From: Eledone cirrhosa
Lineage: Eukaryota
Direction: 5' to 3'
Assembly: GCA_964016885.1 (NCBI GenBank)
Contig: OZ024740.1
Span: forward strand, 425,692,001 to 425,756,000
Length of the DNA stretch: 64,000 nt
Part shown: positions 27,868 through 43,382 of the stretch, piece after piece
How positions within the stretch are numbered: the stretch's first letter is position 1
How the letters are laid out: the number at the start of each line of letters is the position of its first letter
Notes under the pieces: model-generated
The model's database searches: none
Seen by the model: only the letters and a program-made list of their open reading frames with translations
Told to the model about the DNA's origin: nothing
Position numbers and translations under genes: made by a program

Positions 27868-28186
27868 GGTAGTAACATGTGTTTAGGCCGTATTTGACTA
27901 CATAGAATTAGTCTGTTAGTTGGGATTAAAAAAAAAATCCCCTGAATTGAAAAAAAAGGATAAGTATTGACGTACATGGGATACGAAATCACATCTTTGG
28001 TTTGCCGGACCAATGTGTTACCACTACACCAATATGTCACTCACGATTGCTACTGTTCAATTAGAAGCTATATAACCATAGATGTGGCTTCATGTCCCAT
28101 GTACGTCAATAATCATCCTTTTTTCCATTCAGAGTTATCTTTTAAAATCCTAACTAACAAATACGGCGTAAGCCCATGTTACTACC
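27868..28186. mobile_element. MITE with long imperfect TIRs (possibly PIF/Harbinger)
   Basis: ggtagtaacatg...catgttactacc; inner attgacgtacatggga / tcccatgtacgtcaat. Confidence 0.7.
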
Positions 28187-28225
28187 TAATTTTAAAATTT
28201 GCTAGCCCTTTGTAGACGAACCCTG

Positions 28226-28320
<95 letters not shown>

Positions 28321-28322
28321 AC

Positions 28323-28926
28323 TAACTGAATATAAAAGAAAAACGAACACAGACATATATATATATGTGTTCAAATCGTAAGGAACCAGATTCGCTAAGG
28401 AGAAAAGAATACTAACTATAGACAATAGGGTTTGCCAGATTCAATATAAGTAAATACAAACGGGAATTGTGGTAACTACCAATCACCCGGACAGCTTTGG
28501 CTATGCTGTTTCGCAAAATTAATTGTGAAGAGGAATACCAATTCTTGCTCATCAGTGGTTGAAGAATTATTAGTATCCTGGTCACTTCGAAATATATTAA
28601 AAAACTGAATAGTGTGCGTATATATAATAACGCACATGGTATCTGAACTTAGGGTGTCTCACAAATTCACACCACTAAACATAACAACCAGGTTTACTCG
28701 ACATTTGAATTAGCTCAAAAAATTAACGGAGCCGAATATATCAAAGGTAAATGTTGAGTTAGAAACTCAAAATAGTCTCTTACAATAAAATAGCTCTAGG
28801 AAAGAGATTTTTCCGAGCCGTATATTTATATTTAGTTATAATATACGACTCGGAAAAATCTCTTTCCTAGGGCTATTTTATTGTAAGAGACTATTTTGAG
28901 TTTCTAACTCAAGATTTACCTTTGAT
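28323..28926 (-). mobile_element. HHR-bearing non-coding element family Y with short inverted arm
   Basis: Homologous to 33440-34325; arm 28840-28926 inverts 28738-28822. Confidence 0.85.
28482..28562 (-). ncRNA. Type I hammerhead ribozyme motif (stem I imperfect)
   Basis: CUGAUGA-GCAAG..UUUGC-GAA-ACAGC..GCUGU-C. Confidence 0.7.
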
Positions 28927-29185
28927 ATATATATATATATATATTTATTAAAATAACAGATTATAGTTTAAGCAAAGAATCGCTGCTTTCACCCTTAACG
29001 GGATCTTCTGAAACATTTCAGTTTCAGAAGATCCTGTTAAGGGTGAAAGCAGCGATTCTTTGCTTAAACTTTAACTTGTTATTTTAATATATATTGGCTC
29101 TAGGGTTCTTATATATTTGATATGTATATTTATCCTTATCGAGCCCTCTTTAGATTTTAGACTTCGCATTTATTATTATTACTAT

Positions 29186-29363
29186 GCGGTGGATTGGCAG
29201 TATCGGTAGAGGGTCGGACGCCATGCTTTCCCTTAACGATCTGAGCTCAAATCCTGACGAGGTTGACTTTGCCTTTCATCCTTACGGGGTCGATAAAATA
29301 AAGTACCAATAATGCACTGGGTAATTGCTGCCCTTGTGCCAAAAGTAGAAACAATTATTATTA
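29186..29363 (+). mobile_element. tRNA-derived SINE
   Basis: Head gcggtggattggcagtatcggtagagg, core, tail. Confidence 0.88.
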
Positions 29364-29430
29364 CTATATATATATATATAGGTTTAGGATGGTGGTTAGG
29401 ACAGAACAGGAGGAGAAAGGAAGAAAGGAG

Positions 29431-29495
29431 TTTCCATCGTCAGCTGTAAATGTTTCCCGAACCGATGTTTCGGCGCTGAATTACAGGACATCGGT
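29431..29495 (-). ncRNA. Candidate hammerhead with non-canonical strand order, copy 1; inverted partial copy at 29653-29704
   Basis: ACCGAUGU-C-CUGUAA uucagcg CC-GAA-ACAUCGGU ucgggaaacau UUACAG-CUGACGA-UGG. Confidence 0.55.
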
Positions 29496-29960
29496 GTCTT
29501 CCTTTCTCCTCATCTCCCCTCCCTCCTGTTCTTCCTCCTTTCCCTCTCTTTCCTTTTCTCTCTCCTTTTTTCTCCACTTATTTTCTCTCTTTCTCTCTCC
29601 TTTTCCACCTGGCCCTTGGATTAGTAAAAGGCCTCGGGCGCATCCGAACTACACCGATGTCCTGCAATTCAGCGCCGAAACATCGGTTCGGGAAACATTT
29701 ACAGGTGACAGACATATAAACATACATACACACACATATTTACATACATAAATACCTACATATAAACATACATACAATACATGATACATACATTCGTACA
29801 TACGTACATACACACGTACATATAAACATACATACAATACATGATACATACATACGTACATACATACACACATACATATAAACATACATACAATGTATGA
29901 ATACATACACGCATACATACCTACACATACATACATACAAAATACGTATATACATGTTGA

Positions 29961-30143
29961 AATAATTGTTTCTACTTTTGGCACAAGGCCACCAATTATC
30001 TCAGTGCATTACTGGTACTTTATTTTATCGACCCCGTAAGGAAGAAAGGCAAAGTTAACCTCGATGGGATTTGAACTCAGACCGTAAAGGGGCGTAACTA
30101 TGCTGTAAAGCATGGCATCCGACCCTCTACCGATACTGCCAAT
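29961..30143 (-). mobile_element. tRNA-derived SINE
   Basis: Same family as 20576. Confidence 0.88.
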
Positions 30144-30388
30144 ACAAGGAATCTATTGATAGGTCACTCTGAATGTACTTTTAACTTTTTACCTGTGATA
30201 ATCGTCTCTCTGGGATATGTTAGTAACTGCCTCAGTGTAAATCTTGAGAAGCTGGGCTTCATAGAACCAGACAGGGCTCTGCTAGTTAGGAAGTTCAATT
30301 GTAAAAATGTGGGAAAATATTTAAGAAATTCAGCATGTAATGAATTGATACAGAAATATATGCATATGTACACTGCACACACACACAC

Positions 30389-30455
<67 letters not shown>

Positions 30456-30517
30456 CGCATACACACACACACACACATACACACACACGCACGCACGCAT
30501 ACACACACATACACGCG

Positions 30518-30622
<105 letters not shown>

Positions 30623-32708
30623 ACACATACACACATACACACATACACACACACACACAGCTTATTTAGACATAAGTATTTACCTTGTTGATGTTCTCTA
30701 AATACCATTGAAGGAGTCTATTGGTGAACATTTATAAAATTATAAAACCAGAAGAATATATACACATGTATATATATATATATATTAATACGTACATACA
30801 TATATAACACATATACAGATGTATACATAAACTATATATAAGTGTGTGTATTTGTGTGGCTGTTTGGTTTGACTAGCGCCATTTCTTGTAGACGTTGTGG
30901 CGAGGATGTGGTGACGGTGGTGGCGATGGTGGTTTTGGTGGTGGTATGGTGGTGGTGGTGGTGGTGGTGGTGATGGTGGTGGTGATGGTGGTGGTGATGG
31001 TGGTACGGTGGTGGTGGTGGTGGTTTTGGGGATGGTACGCTGGTGGTGATAGTGGTGGTGATGGTGGTACGGTGGTGGTGATGGTGGTGGTGATGGTGAT
31101 GGTGATGGTGGTTTTGGTGGTGGTGATGGTGGTGGTGATGGTGGTACGGTGGTGGTATTGGTGGTTTTAGTAGAGGAACCGTGGTGGCGATGGTGGTTTT
31201 GGTGGAGGTAAGTGGTGGTGATGGTGGTTTCGTTGGTGGTGGTGGCTGGAGTGATTGCGTTGGTGGTAATTGGGGGTCGTCAGCTAACACGGATGAGTGA
31301 CCACGAGCCACAAGCCGCTAGCCACTTGGGCGTATTCATAGCAGATGAGTTCGGCGGCATGTGTGTATAAAGTCAACCCCATGCAGTGTTTAGGATATGC
31401 TCTGTTTAGCTGACCCGAGCGTGGTTGGAGAGAGGTCAGGCTAGAATCATATGGTTGAGAGCCTCTGTGAAGTGATCACTAGTCACACACGCTGAGATCC
31501 GTCTTAGCAAGTGACAGTCGGCAGATCCACATATTGTAATACTCAACGCATCCCTAACCATCTGTATCTACACCACCACCGCCACCTTTCACAAATATGT
31601 CTGTATGTACTTATTTTATATTTGTGTGTGTGTATGAGTGTGTGTCTTTGTGTATGTGTGTCTGATGTATGTGTGTATAAGTGTGTGTGTTTGTGTGTGT
31701 GTGTGTGTGTGTATGTGTGTGTCTCTGTGTGTTTGTGTACGTGTGTGTATGAGAGTGTATTTGTGTATGAGTGTGTGTGTCTATGTATGTTTGTGTCGGT
31801 GTATGTTTGTGTGTGTGTGTGTGTGTGTGTATATGTTGTAGTTTACCTCAAAATGACGAAAGATATTCTATCTGTATCCCATCTATTTCTATATCGAGGA
31901 CATCATTCTCCAATGTATCATTCTTTACTTAAGACACTGGAGTGTAGTTTGTGAGAGATTTAGCCTCATGTCAACCAACTGTTGACTTTCTCTTTTGGCT
32001 AGACTATATATTATAAGTTGGATTCCATTGCTGATCATTTCAACTTCAATCACTTGAAAATAATAAAAAATAAATAATAAGGTGTTGTAGTTTGCTTGAA
32101 GCGTTGTGGAATATGATATAGAAATGGGGCTAAGAAATAAGTTTGGTTCTTTGGAAGCCCAACAATGCGTGTTTGGTAAAAATACCAATGTAATAAGAAA
32201 GTAGGTAGAGGGGGGAAAAAGAACACAGTGGGGACGATAGAAAGTTACCTTAGCAACTTTTAATGACCCAGAATATTTTCGGGTTTTCCATCCATTAACA
32301 ACGGGAGTCCATAGGGCGGGTGTGGATCTCAGAGAGAAACCTGAGAAATATCGTGGATAGCTGTTCGAATATGTTTTCCAAACACGCATTGTCGAGCTTG
32401 CAAATAACCAAAATTATATCCGAGTCGTATTTGCATTCAAAATAAATAAGTTATTATTGTAGATTTTTAACCCTTAGCCAACCTTAGTCGATTAGATAAA
32501 TCCATGTTGTTCTATTTATGATAATAAAAATGATTTTAAAAAAGGCAAAATACTACATTATCTATTATATTTTGTTAATTTCTTATAGTTTGTAAGTAAA
32601 CAGATCCTGATTGTTAGTTGTAGAGTTTTGATGGTTTGTGCACTGATGGATAAAGTCTCTCGTTGTAGTTACAGGAAATAAATATATATATATATATACA
32701 ACCCTACC

Positions 32709-32762
<54 letters not shown>

Positions 32763-32791
32763 TACACACATATATATATATGTGTGTGTGA

Positions 32792-32828
<37 letters not shown>

Positions 32829-32939
32829 AATATCCACGGTTATATATATATATATATATAACTTATATATATATATATATATATATATAACTTATATATA
32901 TATAACTTATATATATATATAACTTATATATATATATAA

Positions 32940-32989
<50 letters not shown>

Positions 32990-33030
32990 CGAAACATAAG
33001 TCAATTGCATGAACTCATAATCCTTTATTT

Positions 33031-33085
33031 ACTGCTATATATATTTCGATGATAGCCATTGAATGGCTATGACCTCATCAGGCTG
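33031..33085 (-). ncRNA. Minimal hammerhead motif in (TA)n-flanked element 32985-33272
   Basis: CUGAUGA-GGUcAUAGCCAU..AUGGCUAUcAUC-GAAA-UAUA-UA; stem I weak. Confidence 0.55.
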
Positions 33086-33271
33086 TTAGTCAGTTCTTAG
33101 ATATGCCAGCTCTGTGTTTATGGTGTTGATGGTATCAGAGCCTTGGGGCATATGAGCTTGTTAGGAATAAATTCATGTTGTCAGCAGGAATAGTCTTAAT
33201 TCTCATTGGTCAGTTTGTAGATGCTAGTTGGGTTGGTATTTGACCTCAAAGAGGCATGTGGTTTTGTAAAG

Positions 33272-33408
<137 letters not shown>

Positions 33409-33439
33409 TATATATATACATATATAAATATATATATAT

Positions 33440-34325
33440 ACATATCAAAAGGATGTATTGAGGTAGTCTCATTACAGTAAATTAGCTCTAGGAAAAAGAT
33501 TTTTCCGAGCCGTATATAACTGAACAAAAAGGAAAAAACGAACGCAGACATATATATATGTGTTCAAATCGTAATGGACCGAAATCGCTAAGGTGAAATA
33601 AATACAAACCAGTATTGTGGTAACTACCATCACCCAGACGGTCTTTGATAGAACCGTTTCGCAATATTATTTGTGAAGAGATATACCAAATTCCAGGCTC
33701 ATCAGTGGGTGATGAAATTAGTATCTTCCTCACTTCTAAGTCAAATAGAAAACTGGAAAATGTGTGTATATATATATATATATAATGTACATAGTTCCCG
33801 AACTTAGCGTGTCGCGCATACTTACGCCACTAAAAATAGCAGCCGGGTCTACACGACATTTGAAATAGCTCTACGAATTAACGGAGCCGAATATATCAAA
33901 AGCATGTATTGAGTTAGAAACTCAAAATAGTCTCATTACAGTAAATTAGCTCTAGGGAAAAGATTTTTCCGAGCCGTATATAGTGGCGTAAGTATGCGTG
34001 ACACGCTAAGTTCGGGAACCATGTGCGTTATATATATACACACATTTTCCAGTTTTCTATTTGACTTAGAAGTGAGGAGGATACTAATTTCATCACCCAC
34101 TAATATTGCGAAACGTTCCTATCAAAGACCGTCTGGGTGATGGTAGTTACCACAATACTGGTTTGTATTTATTTTTCTTAATTTATTCTTAAATTGAGTC
34201 TAACAAACCCTATTGTCTGTAGTTAGTATTTTTTTCACCTTAGCGATTTCGGTCCATTACGATTTGAACACACATATATATATATATATATGTCTGTCTT
34301 CGTTTTTCCCTTTTGTTCAGTTATA
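33440..34325. mobile_element. Family Y: terminally redundant minus copy (33440-33980) fused head-to-head to a plus copy (33981-34325)
   Basis: tagtctcattacagtaaattagctctagg..ccgagccgtatata at both about 33464-33517 and 33928-33980. Confidence 0.88.
33628..33714 (-). ncRNA. Type I hammerhead ribozyme
   Basis: Stem I CAUCACCCA/UGGGUGAUG, CUGAUGA, GC..GC, GAA, stem III ACGGU/ACCGU, cleavage triplet GUC. Confidence 0.85.
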
Positions 34326-34415
34326 TACATATATAGGTTAGGAGGCGAGGCTGTGTGGTTACTGAAAACGAAGTGTTAGGAGGTAATCGGGACACAAACA
34401 AGAGAAGAAAGGTTT

Positions 34416-34473
34416 CCCTTCGTCAGCTGTTTACTACGGATCATGGATGTTTCGGCGCTTAAAACAGAACATC
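34416..34473 (-). ncRNA. Candidate hammerhead with non-canonical strand order, copy 2 (element about 34333-34592)
   Basis: GAUGU-U-CUGUUU uaagcg CC-GAA-ACAUC caugauccguagu AAACAG-CUGACGA-AGGG. Confidence 0.55.
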
Positions 34474-34590
34474 GCTGCGCCTATGGCCTTTTATCTATCA
34501 AAAGGCAACGAGGAAAAGAAGTGATAGTGGAGAGAGAGGAAGAAAGAAAAAGGGAAGAAGAAAAAAGGAAAAAAAGGAAAATACGAAGTA

Positions 34591-34673
<83 letters not shown>

Positions 34674-34733
34674 GTAATTCCAAAGGGAAAGCAAAGGAAA
34701 AAAGAGTGCTCTATGTTATAGAACAGAGCTATT

Positions 34734-34870
34734 TAATTAGAAAGTGAACAACACAAAATATAACTACTCCATTACCAAAGGTTTTTGGATCAAAGACGAA
34801 AATAATATATACGTCTGGATCGGTCGTCAGACAGAGGTAGTTATATTTTGTGTTGTTCACTCTCTAATTA
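34734..34870 (-). repeat. Short inverted repeat enclosing a degenerate HHR
   Basis: About 33-bp arms; minus CUCUGU-CUGACGA..AAAA-ACCUUUGGU-A-AUGGAG with G12 lost. Confidence 0.65.
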
Positions 34871-34873
34871 TAT

Positions 34874-34995
<122 letters not shown>

Positions 34996-36472
34996 ATATA
35001 TTAATATATATATAGTGTTTCTAGAAATACATAATCCAATACTTCCCTTCCAATGTCAAGACGAGAGAATCTGTCTTGAAGATGTGACCCTTATTTAAGT
35101 TCGGTATTAAAATTCCACAGGATTCAGCTGAGCCTCAAGATTGAAGAAAGAAAAAGTCAAGAGAAGGGACGAGTATTTATAATATTCGTAGCTCATCTGA
35201 GGTTGATGGTACTGGTATGTTTTTTGTTGTTTTTTTTTTTGTTGGGGGAGATATTAAGTTATTTTGTTTTACAAAGCTGTTTATACAAAACAATACACGC
35301 TATTATAGGGAACAAAAGAAAAGGAAAAGAAGGAAAAGAAAAGAAGGAAAAGAAAAAAAAAGAGCCATGCAATGAAAGAAAGGGAGGAAGACATACCCTA
35401 TACTCCTGTCTGAGGGGTGATTCAGCCGTGCCCCACAGACAAAATGGCAAAGGCATTACTGCGGAAAATGGCCAGAGACAGCCCCCATAACTAACGGGTT
35501 TCACTCCTCAAGTAGGCTGATATCTCTAAGTAGATAAAATGGATGCAGTGAGGAAATTTCACAGCGCTGAAACTGAGAGAGGAAGCATTGAGTGTAGTTA
35601 ATGTTAGTTCGGCATCTGGGGATCGAGACACAATATGGCTGATACCTCGTTGTCGAGTTGTATGTTATATGTCACTATCTATTCTTCAAAAGTCGTTAAT
35701 ATACAAGAAACCGATTTAATCGACTCTAAACACAATGGCTATTAAACTTCTGACCTGCTGCCAATGTAGCGAATCGGCATTATTTCGCCAAACAAACGGT
35801 TGATCGGCAGAATCAATTGAGCGGCGGACAAAATGTCTTGAGGTATCCAATTAAGTCCTTTTGTGTTCGATGTTAAAATCCTATCGCAACTGACTTTGCT
35901 TTTCGTCTTTCCGGTGTCACTAAGGATTAATACTAGTTATGTACTAGGGTTGATCTACTTGACTTTACCTATACCAGAAATTTAAGATGATGTGTCTATA
36001 TTAAAAATCAATAATTTTCGGCAGACAAATAACTTTTCGATATTTAGCTATATTGCTCTATATTCTGAGTTCCATCCCATTGGGGTCAATAAAATGTGTA
36101 CGACTCAAGTACTTTAGACAATTAAATCAACAACTCTTTACATCGACCAAACAATTTGTGGCCATGTGCAGAATTTAAACATTGAAACTACATCAATGAT
36201 TATATTATTGATGTAGTTCCTCTTACATCACTTTTGGTATTGTGGAAGGGCATGAACATCTCCACATCACGTAAGTATTTCTGCAGATGCAGAGAATACA
36301 CAGCTATTTGGCAGAAAGTACTGACACAAATGCTTACGTATTTATTGTTGTTGTTATTGTTGTTATTGTTATTGTAGTTGTTGTTGTTTATAATGTTGAT
36401 ATTGTTGTTATTGTTATATTTTTCCATTAATATTATTCATATTATTGTTGCTTCTGTAGATGATGATGTTGT

Positions 36473-36504
<32 letters not shown>

Positions 36505-36589
36505 TTGATGATGATGATAGTGATGATGATGTTATTGTTTTTATTGTTTTTCTTTTCCATTAATATTATTCATATTATTGTTGCTTCTG

Positions 36590-36637
<48 letters not shown>

Positions 36638-37674
36638 TTGTTTTTATTGTTTTTGTTCTTCATTGAATTCGTTTCATTTCTCAGTAGGATAACTGGAAGC
36701 AGAGTCATTTGGCAGAAAAACTCAATGTTGAAACATTCGCCGTGTTCGTTTCTCAGCTGCGGAGCTTGGGAGAGTTTGTGAGACAGAATTCCTACAAGCT
36801 GAACCGTGAACATCAAAACTTCATTCATGACTGCACCTTGTCGGATCACTGAAGTTCAATATATGAAATAATGGATTTTATATAAAGCAAGCCAAACACA
36901 CGCGCCTTCCGTCCGCCATTTTACCGATTCTGCTTTTTACTTTTCCTCATATTTTCCTCTCTTACTCATTTTTCTACTCTCCTTTCATTTACCCAATCTC
37001 TTTTTCTCTCACGGACGCTCCCCCCTCTCTTTCTCTCTCCCCCTCTCTCTTTCCCTCATACTCACTTACTCATTCATAAAACGCAATTACACGCGCGCGC
37101 AGAGACACACACGAAGATATATACATATATACATACGCACACAAATATATACAGATATATATACAGAGAAAACTATATATATATATATATACACTCACAT
37201 GTATATATATATAGAGTATATATATCAAAACAATAAAAACAAAATTACAAATACAAGCCAAAAGGGAAACAAGGCAAAACGAATCGGATGCTTCTACTGC
37301 ACATGCTCACATGGACACACACACACACACACACACATACATACATACACATAAGAATACACACACACACAAACACACACATCAACATTCACACAAACAA
37401 TACAGACAAACATACACATAAACATGCACACACACACACAGAGAAACATACACACATACACACACACAGAGAAACACACACAAACAAACACACACACAGC
37501 CAGAATATCCAGTCCAACTCTCCTCATCACTTCAGAATATTCTCCCTTATATTACCAATTCTTTAGAAACTTCATGTACGAAATCATTTAACCATTATAT
37601 ATATATATATGTAATACACACACACACACATATATATGTTACACACACACACAAACACACACATATATATATAA

Positions 37675-37785
<111 letters not shown>

Positions 37786-37897
37786 TATGCATACATACAC
37801 ACGTGCATATATATGTACTTACACACACATGTAGAGAGCTTTAGAAAATATTGCAAGGAGCGACAGAGAGAGCGAGGAGAGAGAGAGAGAGAGAGGG

Positions 37898-37990
<93 letters not shown>

Positions 37991-38763
37991 GTGGACATAT
38001 ACACACTGCTACTACTTACATATTTCCGGAGACCAACATCTTACTGGCACAGGTTTTGGAGACTCCCAAAGTGAAGAATACTTACTGCCAATAGAGAGTT
38101 GTGAATATTTTGAAGGGTTGGGTTGTTGTGTGTTGGTTGGGGTGTGAAACAACCGGCAAACGCAGTGAGCTGTAAAGAAAATGAGACTAGAAGGGTTGGT
38201 GTGGTCTGTATAAGCTATCTAGTCAGCAGAGTGACATTGCTTAATGCAATGCATGATAAAATGCGTTGCAGAATACACTTGGAATCAGTCGTGTGTCAGA
38301 CGAAATCTCGAAAAATGCGTCTTCACTCTATATCTGTTTGCCTGTCTGTCTGCATGTTTGCCTGTCTGTTTGTCTGTCTGTCTGCATGTTTGCATGTCTG
38401 TATGTCTGTCTGTCTGTCTGACTGACTATCAGTCCGCCCAACTTTGCTGACTGCCTGTTTGTATGACTATATATATATATATAGAGAGAGAGACGTGTGT
38501 GTGTGTGTTTGTGTGTATGTGTGTATGTGTGTGTATGTGTGTGCGTATGTGCGTGTGTGTGTGTGTATGTCTGTGTGTGTATGTGTGTGGGTACGTGTGT
38601 GTGTATGTGTGTGTGTATGTCTGTGTGTGTATGTGTGCGCGTATGTGTGTGTATGTCTGTGTATGTATGTGTGTGTATGTGTATGTCTGCTTTACTATGC
38701 CTATAAACATGTTTATCTGTCTCACTTCTCCGTACTTAGAATACTTTCTACCTTCTCTTTCTC

Positions 38764-38808
<45 letters not shown>

Positions 38809-38819
38809 ATATATATATA

Positions 38820-39597
<778 letters not shown>

Positions 39598-39729
39598 TAT
39601 CATAACTTATGTGTTACACCTCTATTCTTTTAAATATATATATATATATACAGGGTGTCCCTAAAAATGTATAGACGACATAATCGTTAAAAAAAGGGAT
39701 TAAAATAAGTTCTGTTTTATATGCATCAT

Positions 39730-39865
39730 TGAAATCCCACCGAGGTTAACTTTGCCTTTCATCCATACGGGGTCGATAAAATAAAGTACCAGTAATGTAC
39801 TAAAATAAAATACCAGTAATGCACTGAGGTAATTGCTGGCCTTGTGCCCAAAGTAGAAACAATTA
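39730..39865 (+). mobile_element. 5'-truncated SINE
   Basis: Core and tail, with a short internal duplication. Confidence 0.8.
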
Positions 39866-39904
39866 ATGTAAGCTGTAGCTTATTTTTGCCTCAGTACTGA
39901 ATGA

Positions 39905-40130
39905 GTAAACGTCACCGACGATGGATTAAATATAAAGGGAAAACAACACAGTAAAACGATACAGTAGAATGAAAATATACATTAGTTTAACGCGTGAAAT
40001 AGCAGGAAGAAAGTAGCGTTTCGGACACTAATCCTTCATCAGAAGATAGAGTTAGAAATAGAAGATAAATAGAAAGTAAAGAGTGATGAGAGGTAGGGAC
40101 GGGGAAAATAAGAAAAAAATTGAGGACAAA
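39905..40130 (-). mobile_element. HHR-bearing element, same family as 61475-61685
   Basis: Minus CUGAUGA-A-GGA..UCC-GAAACG at about 40016-40051; shared actgtatcgtt...ctgtgttg. Confidence 0.7.
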
Positions 40131-40151
40131 ACACACACATGCACGCGCGCG

Positions 40152-40257
<106 letters not shown>

Positions 40258-40334
40258 CACACATATATATGTGTGTGTGAGTGTCTGAACGTGGTTCGTC
40301 TTCTGTGCTCTGGTACTATAGCCTCTGTTAACCA

Positions 40335-40375
<41 letters not shown>

Positions 40376-41111
40376 CATATATATACATTACTGTCACAAC
40401 TGAAGATCATTCCTTAGAAAATGCCTCCTTTGAATATTTAAGGTTTCATTATCTCACTTGCTTTTGACAAACATAATCTTAAACGCAGCTGATTATCACT
40501 GTTGAAATCTTATGTTAGCATCCACTTAAATACATTTGCCTCTGACAAAAGATGCCCCTGAGAAACTTTCTATATATATGTATATGATAGTCTCATTGTT
40601 TATCTGCATGCATTCTCTCTATCGTTATATATAGCTACCTGGTTATCTGTTAAAATAAGTACGCAGAAGTATATACATAGTCTACATTTAATTATATACC
40701 ACCATTACCAAAACTACTATTAGCATCTCTGCTAGAACTAGCACTATTGATACGATTACCAATATCTTCGATTCAAGTGAACTAGCAAGGAAACATTTAT
40801 GTGGTTACATTATCTTCATGAATCTGCAGCCATTAACTCACCAAATGTTGACTTACTACTTTAAAACTGGTTAAATACACAGGATCAACTAATATAGAAT
40901 ACATAAGAAAGGAAGAGAGAATTGTCATAGCCGGAATACAGGTCGAATGTTATGTATTCGACACATGGCAGATATTTTTAACATTTGCAAACGTTGTTAG
41001 AGAATGATGCTTACAAATCTACAGCATGTGATCTATGATATATCAGTCTAAATGTCTTACAATGTCTTGACAATACTGAGATAAACACCTTCAGAAACAT
41101 ATAGTCTACAG

Positions 41112-41408
41112 CAAGGGCCCTATTTCAGGGGGTACCAGGGGACAAGTCCCCTCCTCCCACACACACTCACACACACACTTTTTCAAACGTCTATGTTGTA
41201 TTTTTTGTTTATTTGATATAATAAATTCTTTTTAAGCTTATTTTTTTTATATCTGAACTTCATTTGAATATATAAAATTTAATTAGCGTCAAATTTTACT
41301 TATGTGATAGGGTCCGGGAAAGGGACCATAAGCAATACTAACATGCACCTTTAAGAATCAACAAATGTTGGTTTGTCCCCCTCACATTTTTAAGGCAAAA
41401 GAGCCCTG
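41112..41408. mobile_element. hAT-type MITE
   Basis: 8-bp TSD gtctacag at 41104 and 41409; ends ca(a)gggc / gccctg; subterminal ggggacaa / ttgtcccc. Confidence 0.8.
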
Positions 41409-42201
41409 GTCTACAGTAATATACGATGTTTCAGGGAGAATAACAATAACAATGAGAACATCATCAATGATAAAACAGGAAACAACCTTATTATCTCCCT
41501 TCTCAAAAATCACAATCTTCACAGAATACAGGAAAAATATACGCTATAAATATATATACAAAAAATATATGTACAAAAAGAAAAGGTTTGTAAACATGAC
41601 AAAAGAAATCTAAAAATTCTGCAACACAACTTCAACGGTTTTAAAAACACCTTTATGGAACTAAACGTACTGTTAAGATATGAACTCAATAATTTTGTAT
41701 CACTTATATGATTGGCAAATAAATGAAACAAAACACTTTTTTTTTTTTGTATTTGTCTATATTTTTTCCAGCAGCCCAGATAATTTGTTTCCAGCCTGCT
41801 AATTTCGGTACCTAGTTTTACTTTACACTATATTATCCAATTTCGTCGAAAGTCACACCACAAGTTTGACTGACTGCTGCCACGACATGAAAGCCAAATT
41901 ATTACAGGATTCTAAAACAAAATGAAGACATGCCAAGCAAACGTGAGAGTCACTAGTTAGTAGTTGCTGCTGTTGATGCTGCTGCTGTTATTATTATTTA
42001 GCTGCAGGTCAGCCAAGATTATCGTTTGTTTACTTGATCAGAGTTGGAATAGAGTTAAACAACAACTGCAGTAACATCGAGAATTTTAACTAAAAACATT
42101 ACAGTTACCACTAGACGACAAGAGAAGATTTATGAGTTAGGGTGACTTATGTGAAACCATATCCTAATATCTAATAAAAGGTAAGACCTTTTGTCTAGTG
42201 G

Positions 42202-42848
42202 AGTGCTAGATACAGTATAAAACTGGTTGGTCAGTGCTAGATATAGTATAAAACTGGTTGGTCAGTGCTAGATATAGTATAAAACTGGTTGCTCAGTGCT
42301 AGATATAGTATAAAACTGGTTGCTCAGTGCTAGATATAGTATAAAACTGGTTGCTCAGTGCTAGATATAGTATAAAACTGGTTGCTCAGTGCTAGATATA
42401 GTATAAAACTGGTTGGTCAGTGCTAGATATAGTATAAAACTGGTTGCTCAGTGCTAGATATAGTATAAAACTGGTTGGTCAGTGCTAGATATAGTATAAA
42501 ACTGGTTGGTCAGTGCTAGATATAGTATAAAACTGGTTGCTCAGTGCTAGATATAGTATAAAACTGGTTGGTCAGTGCTAGATATAGTATAAAACTGGTT
42601 GCTCAGTGCTAGATATAGTATAAAACTGGTTGGTCAGTGCTAGATATAGTATAAAACTGGTTGGTCAGTGCTAGATATAGTATAAAACTGGTTGCTCAGT
42701 GCTAGATATAGTATAAAACTGGTTGCTCAGTGCTAGATATAGTATAAAACTGGTTGGTCAGTGCTAGATATAGTATAAAACTGGTTGGTCAGTGCTAGAT
42801 ATAGTATAAAACTGGTTGCTCAGTGCTAGATATAGTATAAAACTGGTT
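42202..42848. repeat. 31-bp minisatellite, about 21 copies
   Basis: agtgctagatatagtataaaactggttg(g/c)tc. Confidence 0.97.
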
Positions 42849-43382
42849 TGATAAGATCTCTTCTTGATTAGCGGTTGAACTGAGAAGATAGAACGTTTGA
42901 AAAAACTTCTTTTGAAAGTGAGGTATTGACTGGAATGTTTCATACAGCGTTAGAAGTTGGCGCATGCTAAGGTGGGGAAAGGAAAAGTTGGGTTGAAGGT
43001 GGATTAACATTTCATAATAGTAATAAGAGAACACCATTCGGATACAACATTACCGAACAACTTAGTTAAGTATTATATTTCACTGAAAAAATTCGATAGA
43101 TAGCGTCTAGAAAACAGACCACAAGTATCCTTTTATCTTGTTCGAGGAATAACATCGTTTATCCCCAAACCTTTGAAGACATTCTTAAAATGGTTTAGTG
43201 TTTCCAGTTGAATTTTTGATGTAACATTCGTATGTTGATATTTGGGTATATGTGTCTCCAAATGAATGCGATGTTCGATTCAAGATCATAATAGCGTACG
43301 TTCGATTCTGTGTGGCACGGTGTATTAATGCGCAAATTACCTCATTTCATGTTGCTTAAACCCACTTAGCTGAAAAAACAAT

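Noticed and set aside
28810-28825. gagccgtat resembling group II intron domain V (also 33507, 33971)
   Set aside because: No complementary domain V 3' strand; it is the end of family Y
42202-42848. 31-bp and 32-bp (62398) repeats of CRISPR-like length
   Set aside because: No spacers, no cas genes, eukaryotic context
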